Shown here: piece after piece, positions 41,316-55,093 of the stretch | Layout of the letters: every line of letters begins with the position of its first letter | Numbering within the stretch: position 1 is the stretch's first letter | Assembly: GCA_951406725.2 (NCBI GenBank) | Contig: OX597814.1 | Span: forward strand, 108,314,001-108,378,000 | Direction of reading: 5' to 3' | DNA from: Octopus vulgaris | Lineage: Eukaryota | DNA length: 64,000 nucleotides | The notes under the pieces: model-generated | What the model was told of the DNA's origin: nothing | The model's database searches: none | The model's input: the letters and a program-made list of their open reading frames with translations, nothing else | Made by a program: the position numbers and the translations under genes

Positions 41316-42259
41316 ACAGCAATAACTGTATACATGGAAAGAGATATAGTGATTGGAGTTTACAACAAGTTACTGATGCAAAAATCTGTGGCTAGCTTAT
41401 CATAACTGGAAACAAGTGTGCTACATTCCAGGCGACGGAGATCCCTACCATCTCTCTTAATCACCTGGCCGTGACGAATGTGTATACAATGCGCCGCTGC
41501 CTCAACATACTGCAATTACTGTCAAAAGCGGCTTTTTTTTATATATAGGGCACAAGGAGAAGATTCTAGAAGATTGAATCACGCGATAACTTCATACTGA
41601 TTGGTTGCTTAGTGAACCGGTCACGTGAAAGTACTGTGGTTTGATCGTGGTGTATCACCGGTTACCAAGCGGATTGGTTTCGAATCACTGCTACAGAACT
41701 TTAATAGCGAAGTCGATAAAGTAACCGCAAAAAGCGTACACATGAAATAATAAAGATACGGATACACTTCTATGAACGTGTCGTAAATTTATCATGTTGT
41801 AAACAATCTTAATAGGAAGGATTTCTCGAAAAATAAACCGACTCTCATACAATAAATAATAAAGGAAAACGAAAGTGAGAGAGAGAGAGAGAGAAAGCGA
41901 CAGAGAAAGAGAATGTTGGTTTCAAATTTCGGCATAAGGCCAGCAATTATGAGATAGGGGTTAAGTCGATTACATCGAACCCCATTGCTCAGCTGGTATT
42001 TATTTCGTCGATGCCGAAAGGATGGAAACCAAAGTCGACCACAGCGGAATTAGAACACAGAACGTGAAAACGGACGAAATACCACTAAGCATTTTCTCCG
42101 GATTGCTAATAGAGACAATATACATTATTTACATTGATTTCAAATATTTCCGTTCCGAACAGAACATTAAGGGTGGGTGAGAACGTTAAGGGTGGGTGTG
42201 AACATTAAGGATGGGTGTGAATGGGTGAAGCGAAAGTCTGAAGGGTACTTTCAACTTTT

Positions 42260-42436
42260 TACTTTTAACTTGCTTCAGTCATTAGACTGTGGCCATGCTG
42301 GGGCACCGCCTTCAACAATTCTAGTCGAACGAATCGACCCCAGTACTTATTTTTTTAAAGCCTGGTACTTATTCTATCGGTTTCGTTTACCGAACCGCTA
42401 AGTTACGCTGACGTAAACACACCAACACCAATTGAC

Positions 42437-42486
<50 letters not shown>

Positions 42487-42640
42487 ACACGTCATAGCTT
42501 TCAGTCTCTGTTACCACTCACAAGGCGAGAAAAGAAGACACTTGCCCAAGGTGCCATACAGTGGAACTAAACCCTGAACCATGTGGTTTGGAAGCAATCT
42601 TGTTACCACGGAAGCAATCTTTTTACCACGGCCACGCTGT
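42260..42640 (-). mobile_element. Second tRNA-derived SINE family with internal (CA)n
   Basis: cttcagtcattagactgtggccatgctgg...gacacttgcccaaggtgcc; other copies at about 6600(+), 46845, 48550-49110 and 62905. Confidence 0.75.
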
Positions 42641-43329
42641 CGATCGTGTGTGAAATAATATAATGAATCTTAAGGAATTTCCATATTTAGTTTGTATTTC
42701 GTTTTCTTTCTTTCTTTTTTTTCACATTCCCTTCGTTATATTTCGAACATCTCAAACACATAACGTGGCGCCCCCTAGTAAGGAACACTAGCGGGCGACC
42801 ACTTCGATGGCAGCTTTAGCCGTCCTTGAAAATATGGCATCTGTCTCATAGGTTTACATATACACTGTTGCTATAACGACAAGCTTTGTACGCAGAAACA
42901 AACTACTCCCTCAAGCCACAGAGCATAAATTAAGGTCCATTACCAGCCAGAAAGCAGCAATTAACTCGACTGTTAGGAAATAATATTAATGACTAAAGCT
43001 AGAGAAGACTTTTTATTGATCAAATATGATCAAAGATTTACGATGGTCGGATTTTGATGTTACAGCTAAAGTTAACCCTTATCGAGCAGAAATATAATTA
43101 AAAACATTACAGCCATGACCATTCCGTTTTATTCCGACCACGTTAATCAACGTGTCTCTCTATCTGGGCCACGTTAATCAACGAGTCTCTCTATCTGGTA
43201 CTTGAAGGAAGTTTAGCTGCTATTTCTAACAGGTATAATGACTAGGTAGAGGCTCCCTAATTGTTTAATTGTAGCGCAATAGGCAGGAGATCATTGTGAA
43301 GATAAAGTCTGTCACGGTAGTTCTGAATT

Positions 43330-44519
43330 GTCGAGATATTTTCTCTGTGGTGGCCACATTTTAAAAATAAATCCACAATTCTGAAAATGAAAACTGAAGC
43401 CTTTTGTAAATGGTTCCGACCCAGTGGCAGCAATGATGCAGATTCTGGAACTGAAAATGACTCTTCTTGTAAGAGATTCGATCAGTATGAGTTGAAAGAT
43501 TTGGTATGAGATTCGGGATAATAATTTTTAAAAAGGCTTCAGAATTCTTAACATCAAAATTGAATGAGAAAAGCTTGCTACGAAAAGGGGAAAGTGCACT
43601 TCTCCAATACTTACGAAGTGACAGTAGGTTTGTGTATTGCCATAGCATGCAGGTTTTACTGGAAGAATTAAGAATTTCGATCTACAACTCAACTGGATGG
43701 CGACTGTTTCTTGATAGCTCAAAATGGAGCTTAAAGCGTGTCCTCCATCTCAATCGCAATTTATATGGTGCAGTCCCAATTGGACATGCAGTTTGTCTTC
43801 GTGAAGAATTTGGAGGCATAAAAAGAGTCATTAAGTTGTTGCAATATCACAAGCACAAGTCGATCGTCTATTTTGTCCTTAAAATGGTACACTTCCTTCT
43901 GGGTCAAAAACGCATATACACCAAGTGTCCTTGCTTTCAGTGCAAGTGGGACAACCAAAGCTCGAGAGGAGGATTGGGTAAAACGAAATTGGCCGCCAAT
44001 ATCTCATCTCAAATCTAGTGATTCCAACATTCTCCGTGAGCCACTTGTTGACATAAAGCAAATTATATTTCCATCTCTGCACATGAAGGCCATGAAAGAG
44101 CGGTATCAGGGTAGCAAAGATGTTTATTTGACGGCTGACTATTGCTGGAGCATAAAATGGAATTGTCCACAAACTGAACACTCCAGAAAAAGCTATAAGC
44201 GTAAATTTTTTTATCTTAACTGCTTGAACACAATTTGACTCACAGTAACAATATCCTTTGTATGAACAAAAAAAAAATTTGCATAAACATTACAGTCAAA
44301 CAATATTTTATTATTTTCCATTGTATGTAAATTTTTAAAGCATTCTATAAATAGACACGATTTTATTAGGTGCGGTATTTTTATGGTTTTTAGGACAACG
44401 CTTGTATTTCAAAAAGTTGAGGTGATACAGAAAAGCTGGGGCCATTTTAGATTCAGAGGCTAAAAATTAGTCAAAAGTAAGTGTTAGATGTAACTCAACT
44501 AAAATTGTGTTCCCCAGTG
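43330..44519 (+). mobile_element. Decayed DNA transposon 3' part, probably CMC-Chapaev3-like
   Basis: Frameshifted transposase with WRLFLDSSKWSLK...VPIGHAV.L.E...LLGQ...YTKCPCF.C.WD; right end aattgtgttccccagtg. The superfamily assignment is from memory. Confidence 0.7.
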
Positions 44520-45159
44520 TATTTGTTTTGCTTATACGCCAAATTTGCTGCGGGAAGGCATCCAGGGAAAACTCCCTACTCGACGCTGTGGGTTAAAGAA
44601 CATTTGAATGTCACAGGTCAGGCGAGATAAATCGCCTCGGAATCACCGAGAATGTTAGATATAGATATTTCGCCATTATTGTGGCTTATCAATAACATGC
44701 GGATTAACGTTATTCCATAGGATGGGTACCCCAGAAGGCAGGGAATCACTCCAATTCGAGCCTCTATTTCTTCCGCGTTGTGAGATCACAGCTCCGGCAC
44801 TACGTGAGTAGAATGTGAGTAGAATGCAGCAGGAAAGAATCGCAAAACGGATTCTTCAAAGCCAAGCCAACCAGCAGCAAACCCAGGGCTAAAGCAACTA
44901 CGAGAAGCTTGGTGCTGAGATATATATATAATCTCAACTATCTTTTCATTATTTTTACTTGTTTCAATCATTAGACTGCGACCATGCTGGGACACCTTTC
45001 TCTATGTGATCGACTTGAAAAATTGTAAAGACACTTGGATATTTTCCTACTTTTCTTAACATGAAATCAATGGTAGCCTTAAATCACAAATAAAAAAATT
45101 ATATCCACCAAAGCGGTGTTGAGCACTCATTTTCATCGTCCGACATTTACGTATATATA

Positions 45160-45204
<45 letters not shown>

Positions 45205-45282
45205 CTGTATGTAATGTATGTATGTATATGTATATATGTTTGTATGTATATATATATGTATGTATGTATGCATATATGTATA

Positions 45283-45371
<89 letters not shown>

Positions 45372-45717
45372 GTATATATGTATGTACGTATATGTATGTA
45401 CGTATATGTATATATATATATGTATGTATGTATGCATGTATGTATATATGACTTTGTTAGGGCATCCTTCAAGGAGAAGGTAACTCCGGTAACTGGGATA
45501 ACTCCGACATAAAACCTGTGGCTCAGTTGTTGACTTGTTCTTCTTTTCGGATTATGGCTGATGTTGCTTAGTGAGTGGGATTGACTCAGTGCACAGCCTT
45601 TTCTCACTTTAAAAAAAAAAATCTTCTTGCACAGGCTTTGCACAATAACAACATTGATTAAGCTTCGTGCAATGGCCATACTCGATAACGAGGGGGCAGC
45701 CACCATGTGTATATGTA

Positions 45718-45834
<117 letters not shown>

Positions 45835-47634
45835 GTATGTGTGTGTGTGTAGGACGAGCAGTTGCCATGCTTTGGAATTCAACCGGAGAGTCTAATGTCG
45901 GTTAATGTTGATAAGACCCTATGGAGGAGGGGCCTGAGAAATGTACTCCCACAATTCTCCTATGAATGATGAGTGAGAGAAAATGAATGGTTGAAAATTA
46001 GTCAGTATCTGGTAAAGGAACCTGGCCGAAATTCTATCAACTTTTTTGTAGTTTGCTGTGAAAAAAGCAAAATTAAAACGGCGAACTGGCAGAATCGTTT
46101 GCATGCCGAGTGTAATTCTTGACAGTATTTCGTCTTAGCCTTTTATCCTTTTGGGGACGATAAATTAAGTACCAGTTGATCCCTGGAATCGATGTACTCG
46201 ACGATGTACCCACTCTCCCAAAATCTCTGAACTTCTTCCAAAATCTGAGATCCTTATTTACTTTGCAAAAGTCGGTGAGCTGGCAGGAACCTTAGCGCGT
46301 CACACAAAATGCTGAGCGGTATTTCTTCCAAGTCTTTACGTTTTAGGTTCGACTTTACCTTTCATCCTTTTAAGGTCGATAAAATAAAGTACCAGTCGAA
46401 CACTGGTGGTCAATGTAAACGACATACGTCTTCCCCTCAAAATACCCGGCCTTGTACCAAAATTAGAAAGGCATATTTACCATGGAGGCTAGTGGGCTAG
46501 TAATTAGGGTGTTGGGCTCGCGATCAAAACAACCTAGGTTCAATTCCTGGGTCGAGAAGCACGTTGTGTCTTTGAGCATAGCGCTTCCCTTCACTTAGCC
46601 CTTGTCAACTCAACTGAAAATAAGTTCCAGTTGTCACGTCCTCAATATTCTGCTGGGTCAAAAGATGCCTGGGCCAAGATTACATGAGAACTTAAAGCAA
46701 TTAGCGAAAGCGTGGTAAATGTTACTGGATGGCACTCGGGTTGCGGCTGATGGCTGAAGCTGTATTCTATTTACTGATACAGAGTTTACTGTTTATTAAG
46801 GGGAAGAGGAGCTGTGGCATTATTGCATTTCCCATTTACCTTTTACTTTTACTTGTTTCAGTCGTTTGACTGCGACCATACTGGAGCACCACAATGGAGG
46901 GTTTAGTCGAATAAATCGCCCCCAGGACTTATATTTTTTACACCTGGTACCTACTGTATCGGTCACTTCTACCGAACCGTTAAGTTATGGGAATGTAAAC
47001 AAACTAACACCGGTCGTCAAGTGGTGGTGACAAACATACACATATAGATACACACACATATGTATACACGACGAGCTTCCTTCAGTTTCCATGTATCAAA
47101 TATACTCACGGGGCTATAGTAGAAGACACTTTCCCAAGGTGCCACGTTGGACGTAAGGAGTAGCAGTGGTCGAAGTTGACTCACGTTGAACAAACCGCAA
47201 GAACTGCAGTAGTTGGTAAGCAACACTTTAAGAGCTGCTGGATAGGTGGAGTCGAGGATGCTGAATACTTAAACGGCCGAAACATCTATGAAGGTCCGCT
47301 GTAATATCGACGACCCTTCGGTGGTGGCAGCGAGGGACTTTTATGTGTATGTGTGTGTATGTGTGTGCTTGTGTGTGTGTGTATACAGGCACACACATAT
47401 ATATTTGTGCATCAAGGCTATCATTGGTTTCATGTAAAGGAATACCTCAACAATTATCAAGCTTATCACATGAAAACATCGGTGTTAGTCTCTACCGATG
47501 TTTCCATGTGACAGGCTTGATAATTGTTGAGGTATTCTTAAGCATGAAACCAATGGTAACTTTAATATACAAATAAAGAATCTTTGTCCACTAATGCGGT
47601 GTGTCATTGTTCGATATTTACGTGTATATAAATG

Positions 47635-47686
<52 letters not shown>

Positions 47687-48062
47687 TAGATAGATAGAGA
47701 GAGAGAGAGAAAGAGAGAGGGTGCAGATAGATAGACAGACTGAGATTGGGATAATATTCGGAAGACAACAAAACCGGCGATGTTCTACCTTAGTATAGAT
47801 TAAACTATAAAAGTTTGTAGATAAAGGAAAAGGGATTTAATTTGCTGTAACGAATGGAAGTTCAACGTTTCGAATATTCCTCCTTCTTCGGACGAAAGAG
47901 GCCGATAGTGATAATGGGTCCTACGACCGAAATAAAGTATGCGAAAGCTAAGTGGTGGTCAGGAGGGAGGAAGATAGAAAGGAGAATGACAGTATGTGTG
48001 TATGTGTGTGTGCGTACGTACGTGCGTGCATTAGTGTGGTGTTATTAGAAAGACGTGGGAAG

Positions 48063-48139
<77 letters not shown>

Positions 48140-48255
48140 GGGGGGATGGTAAAAGTTAGTAACAATAGGAGCAAGTAAAATGAAAGCCAAGCGAATGAAA
48201 TCGAGGAGTGGCAGGGAGCAGAGAAGGAGGGAAGGAAGAGAGATAAAGCGAGAGA

Positions 48256-48302
<47 letters not shown>

Positions 48303-48331
48303 TGAGAAGAAGGGAGATAACGAAAACAATG

Positions 48332-48367
<36 letters not shown>

Positions 48368-48774
48368 GGTGAAGGATGAAATAGTTTGACAAAAGCTCAC
48401 ACAAACACGATATGCAAAGACATGTGATGAGGTGCATAAAAAGCCTGACGCATACATCTACCTACACACACTCACATACACACATACTACCAGGCATATA
48501 CATATATACACCACACACATATTATACATACGCTTGTACGGTATTATGTCTTTTTTACTCGTTTCAGTTATTTGACTACGGCCATGCTGGAGCATCGCCT
48601 TTCGTCGAACAAATTGACTCCAGGACTTATTCTTTGTAAGCCTAGTACTTATTCTATCGGTCTCTTTGCCGAACCGCTAACTTACGGGAACGTAAACACA
48701 CCAACACCGGTTATCAAGCGATTGTGTGGTGGTGGTGGGGGAGGGACAAACACAGACACACACTTACATATATG

Positions 48775-48820
<46 letters not shown>

Positions 48821-48844
48821 TTTAGTATAAATTAATTACTTTGC

Positions 48845-48902
<58 letters not shown>

Positions 48903-49136
48903 TACACACACACACACGCACACACATATATATACACCTACACACACATATATACGACGGGCTTCTTTCAGTTTCCACCTACCAAATCTACTCACGAGGC
49001 TTTGCTTGGCCCGAGGCTATAGTAGAAGACACTTGCTCAAGCTTCCACGTAGTGGGACTGAATCTAGACCCTTGCGGTTGGGAAGCAGACTCCTTACCAC
49101 ACAGCCACGTCTGCACCAATTAAAAAACTTGCACTT

Positions 49137-49209
49137 GGGCTCGTCCGGGATTCGAACCCGCTCCCTCTCAAACCCAATGCGAGAATCATACTCCCTAGAC
49201 CAACGAGCC
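49137..49209 (-). tRNA. tRNA-Pro(TGG), degenerate, likely a pseudogene
   Basis: GGCTCGTTGGTCTAGGGAGTATGATTCTCGCATTGGGTTTGAGAGGGAGCGGGTTCGAATCCCGGACGAGCCC. Perfect acceptor stem, mismatches in the anticodon and T stems, and a T6 Pol III terminator at 49122-49127. Confidence 0.8.
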
Positions 49210-49836
49210 TATCCTCTCTCTTGCTACGTGACATTGTGGTCTAACAATGTCGATGGTAAATGTATTAACCACATTGAATCGAAAACTGGTTTTAGTTGCA
49301 ACACCGATAACACAAGAAATAAAAGTAAATTCCACAAACAAATGACTTGAAAGAGAAAGAGAAAATAAGATTTCCTAAAAAAATAAAAGGTCAGCCGACA
49401 ATCTGGAGAACAAACAAACCGGAAATAAAAGAGAACATAGAAGAAAATGGCGTCTGAATGAAATTGTAACGTAAGTACAGTTATATCAGGGAGATAGAGC
49501 TAATCGTTTCAATGCAGTATTGTTTAATAGATGCTTAATCAATTTAGATGAATCGATGATGTTGGAAATTCTCTTTTTGTTTTTCTATTGAAGAAAGTTA
49601 TAAAACATATATTCTGAGTGTGTCACCAGAGGTTAATTAACACAAAATACCAGATTATATTATATAATGTAATACATTATAACGTTATAGATCTTAAGAG
49701 CGAGAGGTAGATAGAAATGGAGGGTAAGACAAATAGATATATAGATACTAAGAGAAAGGGATAGCTATATGTATAGAGAGAGGAGGAGACAAGGAGAGAG
49801 AGATAAATAGATAGATTGACAGAGGTAAAGGCAAGC

Positions 49837-49867
<31 letters not shown>

Positions 49868-50329
49868 TAGATAGACAAATACACTGCGTTTCAAATTATT
49901 AACGACGTAACATTTAAAAAATTTTATTTAAAAATTATTCGTTGGAATTCAACGAAATTTCTATAGAACGATGGCAACAGTTATATGCACATGGTGTGCA
50001 AAAAAAAAACCTGAGGTTTTGTGCAAGTGTCAACAAAACGCAGCCATTTGCATGATTTTCTCGAACTTTCACTGTTCCAAATTATTAGCGAGTGGTCTGA
50101 TAATCATGTAATTATGGGTCATAGATGTGATTTTACTGCTTCGGAGAAATCTATTATTACTTCTGAACTTACCAAAGGTAAATCAACATTAGAAATATCT
50201 AAAATAATTGGAAGATGTCATCAAACTTTCAAAAAACATTGTTACTGCTCCTACGCAGATATGTAACAGAGCAGACAAGGGTCAGTTGAGGGCTGTTTCT
50301 CAGCATTCTCTGTCACGAAATACGCGTGA

Positions 50330-50674
50330 TTTTTTAAAATTTCCTACAAGGGGACAACATAGATAAGAGACAATACAATTTGATTGGGGTCAGATGGACG
50401 GATGGATATAACATAAAGATGACATTAAAAATTCACAAAAATATAAAAAATAATCGAATGATAGGACAGACCGGAAGACATTACAGATGGAGTGGGAAGG
50501 TGGGTTCAATTCGGACCCCACGAGCCTCGCCTCGCCACTGATACCTGAGATACGTCCTGCGTCGCATTCATGAGGTTACATTCACTCGCAACATCCGTGC
50601 TACATTCTTCCATCGATTTTCAAACATTTTCACAGTCAGGCATTTTCTTTCCAGCCCTATCTTCTTTTTGAGGT
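50330..50674 (-). mobile_element. 5'-truncated LINE 3' end (Tx1/L1-like) nested in the Tc1
   Basis: 13-bp TSD gaaatacgcgtga (50317-29 and 50675-87); peptide LERKCLTVKMFENRWKNVARML. Confidence 0.8.
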
Positions 50675-50749
50675 GAAATACGCGTGAAGCTGTAAAGAAC
50701 CCAGGTCTTACTTGTGGAGAAATTTTCAAGCACACTGGCAAAACAACTG

Positions 50750-51193
50750 GGATCTTTTCGGTTTGAACGGCAGTTTTTTAAAATAATTTCCACGTAACTA
50801 AACACTTTTAAACTTCGTATACTGGTAGAATGTGTTTATAAAACATCTTTTTCTCTTGGCTTTATTGAGAAAATTCTATAGTTTGTAAGATATTTGTTGT
50901 TTTTCTTCTTCAATTTCTGCAATTTCAACCAATCAATGACATCTATTGAGGTGAAAACATTCTGTGCCGTATGAAAATGTCCCTCGTTTAAGAAACAGAT
51001 TGGGTTTATTTACATTTCTGAAGAAAAAAAGGTACCTTTCCCCCACCCCTAACCCTAACTCTAACTAATCCTAACTCTAACCCTAACCCTAAAATAGATT
51101 GAAATGCAATAGATCGATACTAGAGTCATAATTATGGGTGACAATTTCATATGACACCGCTAGAAAAAACCGCCGTTCAAACCGAAAAGATCC
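50750..51193. mobile_element. Merlin-like MITE carrying degenerate (CCCTAA)n, nested in the Tc1
   Basis: 8-bp TSD aacaactg; TIR ggatcttttcggtttgaacggc; telomere-like tract at 51047-51092. Confidence 0.8.
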
Positions 51194-51478
51194 AACAACT
51201 GTCGAGAACTACTCGATGTTGTCTTTTGAAAAAAGCCGGTAAACCAGTGAGATCGGTTAAAAGGTCTCCTTTAAACAAAATACACGTACAAAATCGTCTG
51301 AAATGGGCAGAAGATAACATGAAGATCGACTGTTCAAAAGTTTTGTTTACGGACGAAACTCATGCTACCCTTGATGGATTTGATGGTAGGGACATGGGAT
51401 AGGTTGTAAAAGGATGAGATTGTCATCAACGCTTGAGACGCCAGCAAGGAGGAGGACGCATCAGGATTTGGGCAGGTA

Positions 51479-51885
51479 AACTTTTAATTTGCAACCTCGT
51501 CTCCGGTCTCGGGTTGGTGAGATTTTTTATCTTCCACCTTAAAAGGAAGGTGATGCTGGAGAGAAGATGCCTGTCAAAGAAAATGTTCAAAGAAAGATGG
51601 TTGCATGTTGCGAGGGTGCTGGGAATGAAAGATTCCTCATGAACATGTCATAAGTCTGCATACAAAGGTTCCAAGTAGGCGGATGGGGCTCGTGGGGTCG
51701 GAGCGTAACCCATCTCTCTGCTTCATTTCATGCTTGTATTTTGTCCTTGTTGTATCTCATTCGATTTCATTCGATTTCATTATATTTTGTAAAATTTTAA
51801 AAGTCATGTAATCATTGTGTGTCTGACCCTGATCAGGCTGTATTGTCCCCCTCTATGTTTGGGCTCTTGTAGCTAATAAAGAAAC
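51479..51885 (+). mobile_element. 5'-truncated LINE 3' end (Tx1/L1-like) nested in the Tc1
   Basis: 26-bp imperfect TSD (51453-78 and 51886-911); peptide LERRCLSKKMFKERWLHVARVL; aataaa near the 3' end. Confidence 0.8.
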
Positions 51886-52984
51886 AGGATGCTTCATGAT
51901 TTGGGCAGGTATTATTGGAGGTATTATGGTTGGTTCTTGGAAAATGCCTGATGGCGTTAAAATGACTGCGGATGCTTATATAACCATTCTGAGGGAACAC
52001 ATTGAACCTTGGTTAAAAAAGCAAAGGATCACCAAGAGAATCATGATATTCATGCAAGATAATGCAACCTCGCACTAATCGAAGAAAACTACAGAGTATC
52101 TGCAACTATTAGGCTTCTGTGGACTCGGAAGATGAAGTGGCCTGCCATTTCCCCCAACTTAAACCCCATAAGAAACTTGTGGTGTATTCTAAGCGACGAG
52201 TTTACGAGAATGGAAGCCAATTAAGGTGCAATGATGAACTGTGGCAGGGAATAGTGATTATATCTCATGGTATAGCATCAGAGGAGATCCAGAATCTAGC
52301 ATGTTCCATGAACCAGCGTCTTTTCCAACTTTTTTCAAACAAAGGCTCATATATCCCTTACTGACCAGCTAACCTTTCATTTTTGGACGCTGTTTATTTC
52401 TATTTCTTTCATGTTTATGACTATGTGTTTCGTTTCTGTATGTACATCAAACAATTAAATTGGTATTTGTTTGTTTACATGAGTTTTAATTACACTTTGC
52501 TAATAATTTGAAACAGTGAAAGTTTACGTAAATTTGGTGAATAGCCTTCGTCTCTGTGTTGTTATACGCAACCGTACGTTTTTGCACACCACGCTCATAT
52601 AGCTGTTGCCATCATTCTATGAAAATTTCGTTGAATCTCAACGAATAGCTTTTAAATAATTTTTTTTAAATACTACGTCGTTAATAATTTGAAACGCAGT
52701 GTAGACAGAGAGATAGACAGACAGTCATACAAACATACATACAGATAGACAGATAGAAAGATAGATGGAGAGAGAGAGAGAGAGAAAGAGAGAGATTGAC
52801 TGAGAGGGATAGATAGATAGATAGATAGATAGATAGTTACATAGATAGATACAGAAAGACAGATTGAGAGATAGATAAGGATAGGTTATAGAGATATATT
52901 GGTAGATAGTTAGAAAAAGATATAGATAGATAGATAGATAGATAGATAGGGAGAGAGAGGTAGGGGAAGAGAGAGGGAGAGAAA

Positions 52985-53102
52985 GAGGTCAATTTGACAC
53001 TGATATAATACTTAACCGTAAATCCAGTCCTAACCCTAACCTTAAGGTTAGGGTTAGGACTGGATTTACGGTTAGGTATTATATTAGTGTTACATTGACC
53101 TC
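52985..53102. repeat. 118-bp loopless palindrome with head-to-head telomeric repeats at its centre
   Basis: ...ccagtcctaaccctaacc ttaa ggttagggttaggactgg...; axis at 53043/53044. Confidence 0.9.
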
Positions 53103-53152
53103 CCCACTCTCTCAGAGTTGATGTAATCGACTTAAACTATCCCCTGAAACCG

Positions 53153-53553
53153 TTGGCCCCTACCACAATCTGAAGCCAATGTTGGCTCCCTACCACAATC
53201 TGAAACCAATGTTGCCCCCTACCACAATCTGAAACCAATGTTGGCCCCTACCACAATCTGAGGCTGATGACAGTCAAGGCTGATCTGGAACCCAACCTAG
53301 GCCCTCATGTCTACGGCGCTCGCCGCTGGAATAGGGAATGGTTGGAGATCACGCGGTCGTTAGCCTCAAATCACCAGGCCTGATTGGCGTTTGTGAGAGA
53401 TGCAGCATTGAGGATGAATGAAGCCAGCTCAGCCCACCCCGGGTGAATGCTGCCTCAAGACAAGAAGAAAAGACTACTACAATCTGAAACCAATGTTGGC
53501 CCCGACCACAATCTGAAACCAATGTTGGCCCCTACCACAATCTGAAACCAATG
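53153..53553 (+). repeat. About 29-bp minisatellite (about 6 units) split by an RTE-like 3' fragment (about 53262-53472)
   Basis: Unit ttggcccctaccacaatctgaaaccaatg; the insert is flanked by ctac(c/t)acaatctga and ends in an aaga-rich tail. Confidence 0.8.
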
Positions 53554-53732
53554 TAATACAATCAGTATAACTTGGGCCCGCGTATGCACAACAGGACAGA
53601 TATACGCTAAAGTTGATTGTAAATTCATTTTAATTCTTAACGGAAAAACTGACTTCTCGAATAAGTTTTGTTTTAAGGTTTAACCACGACGAGAAAGCAG
53701 CTGTATTCGTGTCTTTTGCAGGCTTTCTAAAC

Positions 53733-53854
53733 TCTCTGACGAAGCCCCGAGACACACCCAAGTACCTTAATCTTATCTACCAAATACTTCAGTTCACTGG
53801 AGGGATAAAAGTAGAATGGGGTACTATGGCCCCTTGGCAGAAACAGCTGTAAGA
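53733..53854 (+). ncRNA. Type-I hammerhead ribozyme with a long stem II and palindromic loop III
   Basis: tct CTGACGA agcc...ccaagtacc...ggtactatgg...ggca GAAA cagctg TA aga. Confidence 0.65.
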
Positions 53855-54408
53855 TTTTATCCTACTTTCTATGTTCTACGTTATATATTTTAATAATTAC
53901 TGGTATTTTTATATTTTATATTTCATATATTATATATGTAAAGCATATGTTATATTTGTATGCATATTGCTATGATTGTCTTTTTTTAAAAATAAATAGA
54001 CATAGCATAATGTCTATAGGTTGATGAATACCACCTCTTGGTCCCCTCCATTTTCTTATTGCTGTATAAATTAAAGGTAAAACAACTTTTTATCCTCGCC
54101 CATTTATTATACTCGCTAATGTAATTGCCATGCAATGAAAAAACACTTGTGTATTAATAATTGGGTATTCTACCTGCAGTATATTGGATAGATATTATCC
54201 CTTAGTTGGTTGTATTCACGACCTCTAACTCTCTTGGAATGCGCGTTGTGTTCATGAATAAAACACTTCATATCACGTTGCTTCAGTACCCCTTTCGATC
54301 GGGGGCCAGCTCGCCTAGCAAACCATGCAAAGTGCATTGGGATCAGCGAAGCGTACCAACATCTGATGGTCTGGCCGGTCAGGTCATCACATGATATAGT
54401 AATATACA

Positions 54409-54840
<432 letters not shown>

Positions 54841-55093
54841 CGGAACGCGGAGTAACCGAAACAGGGGCAACTGACGAAGGGGAATATTCCTTGTGTTGTA
54901 TGTCTTGTACTCTGTTTTTTCGTTGTTTGAAAAAAAGTCCGTTTCCATGTTTTTGTTTTTATGTTTTCGTTTCTCATTGTGTTCAACGTTTTTTTGGTGT
55001 CCTATACCCATATATGCATGTATATATACAAACACAAAGGATGTCGCGGTACACGTATTTCAAGCTTTATAAACGACCTGAATAACAATGCAT

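Larger units (their letters stand above)
49882..52701 (+). mobile_element. Tc1-family transposon with long IR-DR-type TIRs and a disrupted transposase
   Basis: ta|cactgcgtttcaaattatt...aataatttgaaacgcagtg|ta, with inner repeats near 50071 and 52499. Peptides: N-terminal HTH MGHRCDFTASEK...STLEISKIIGR, then VLFTDET, RQQGGG..MIWAGI, FMQDNA. Confidence 0.9.

Noticed and set aside
34909-43198. Short tandem duplications (20 bp at about 34910, 19 bp x3 at about 42162, 31 bp at about 43138)
   Set aside because: Ordinary slippage duplications with no further structure
47860-47900. Minus-strand ccgaaga aggaggaatattc gaaacgtt, hammerhead-like
   Set aside because: The core is mutated, stem II is weak and stem I does not close. 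It may be a decayed copy but is not supportable.
53153-53553. CRISPR-like appearance of the 29-bp repeats
   Set aside because: The repeats are contiguous with no unique spacers, the context is eukaryotic and there are no cas genes
54838-55010. ctgacga at 54871 within a probable Penelope-like tail
   Set aside because: No properly placed downstream GAAA/UH with a closing stem I was found
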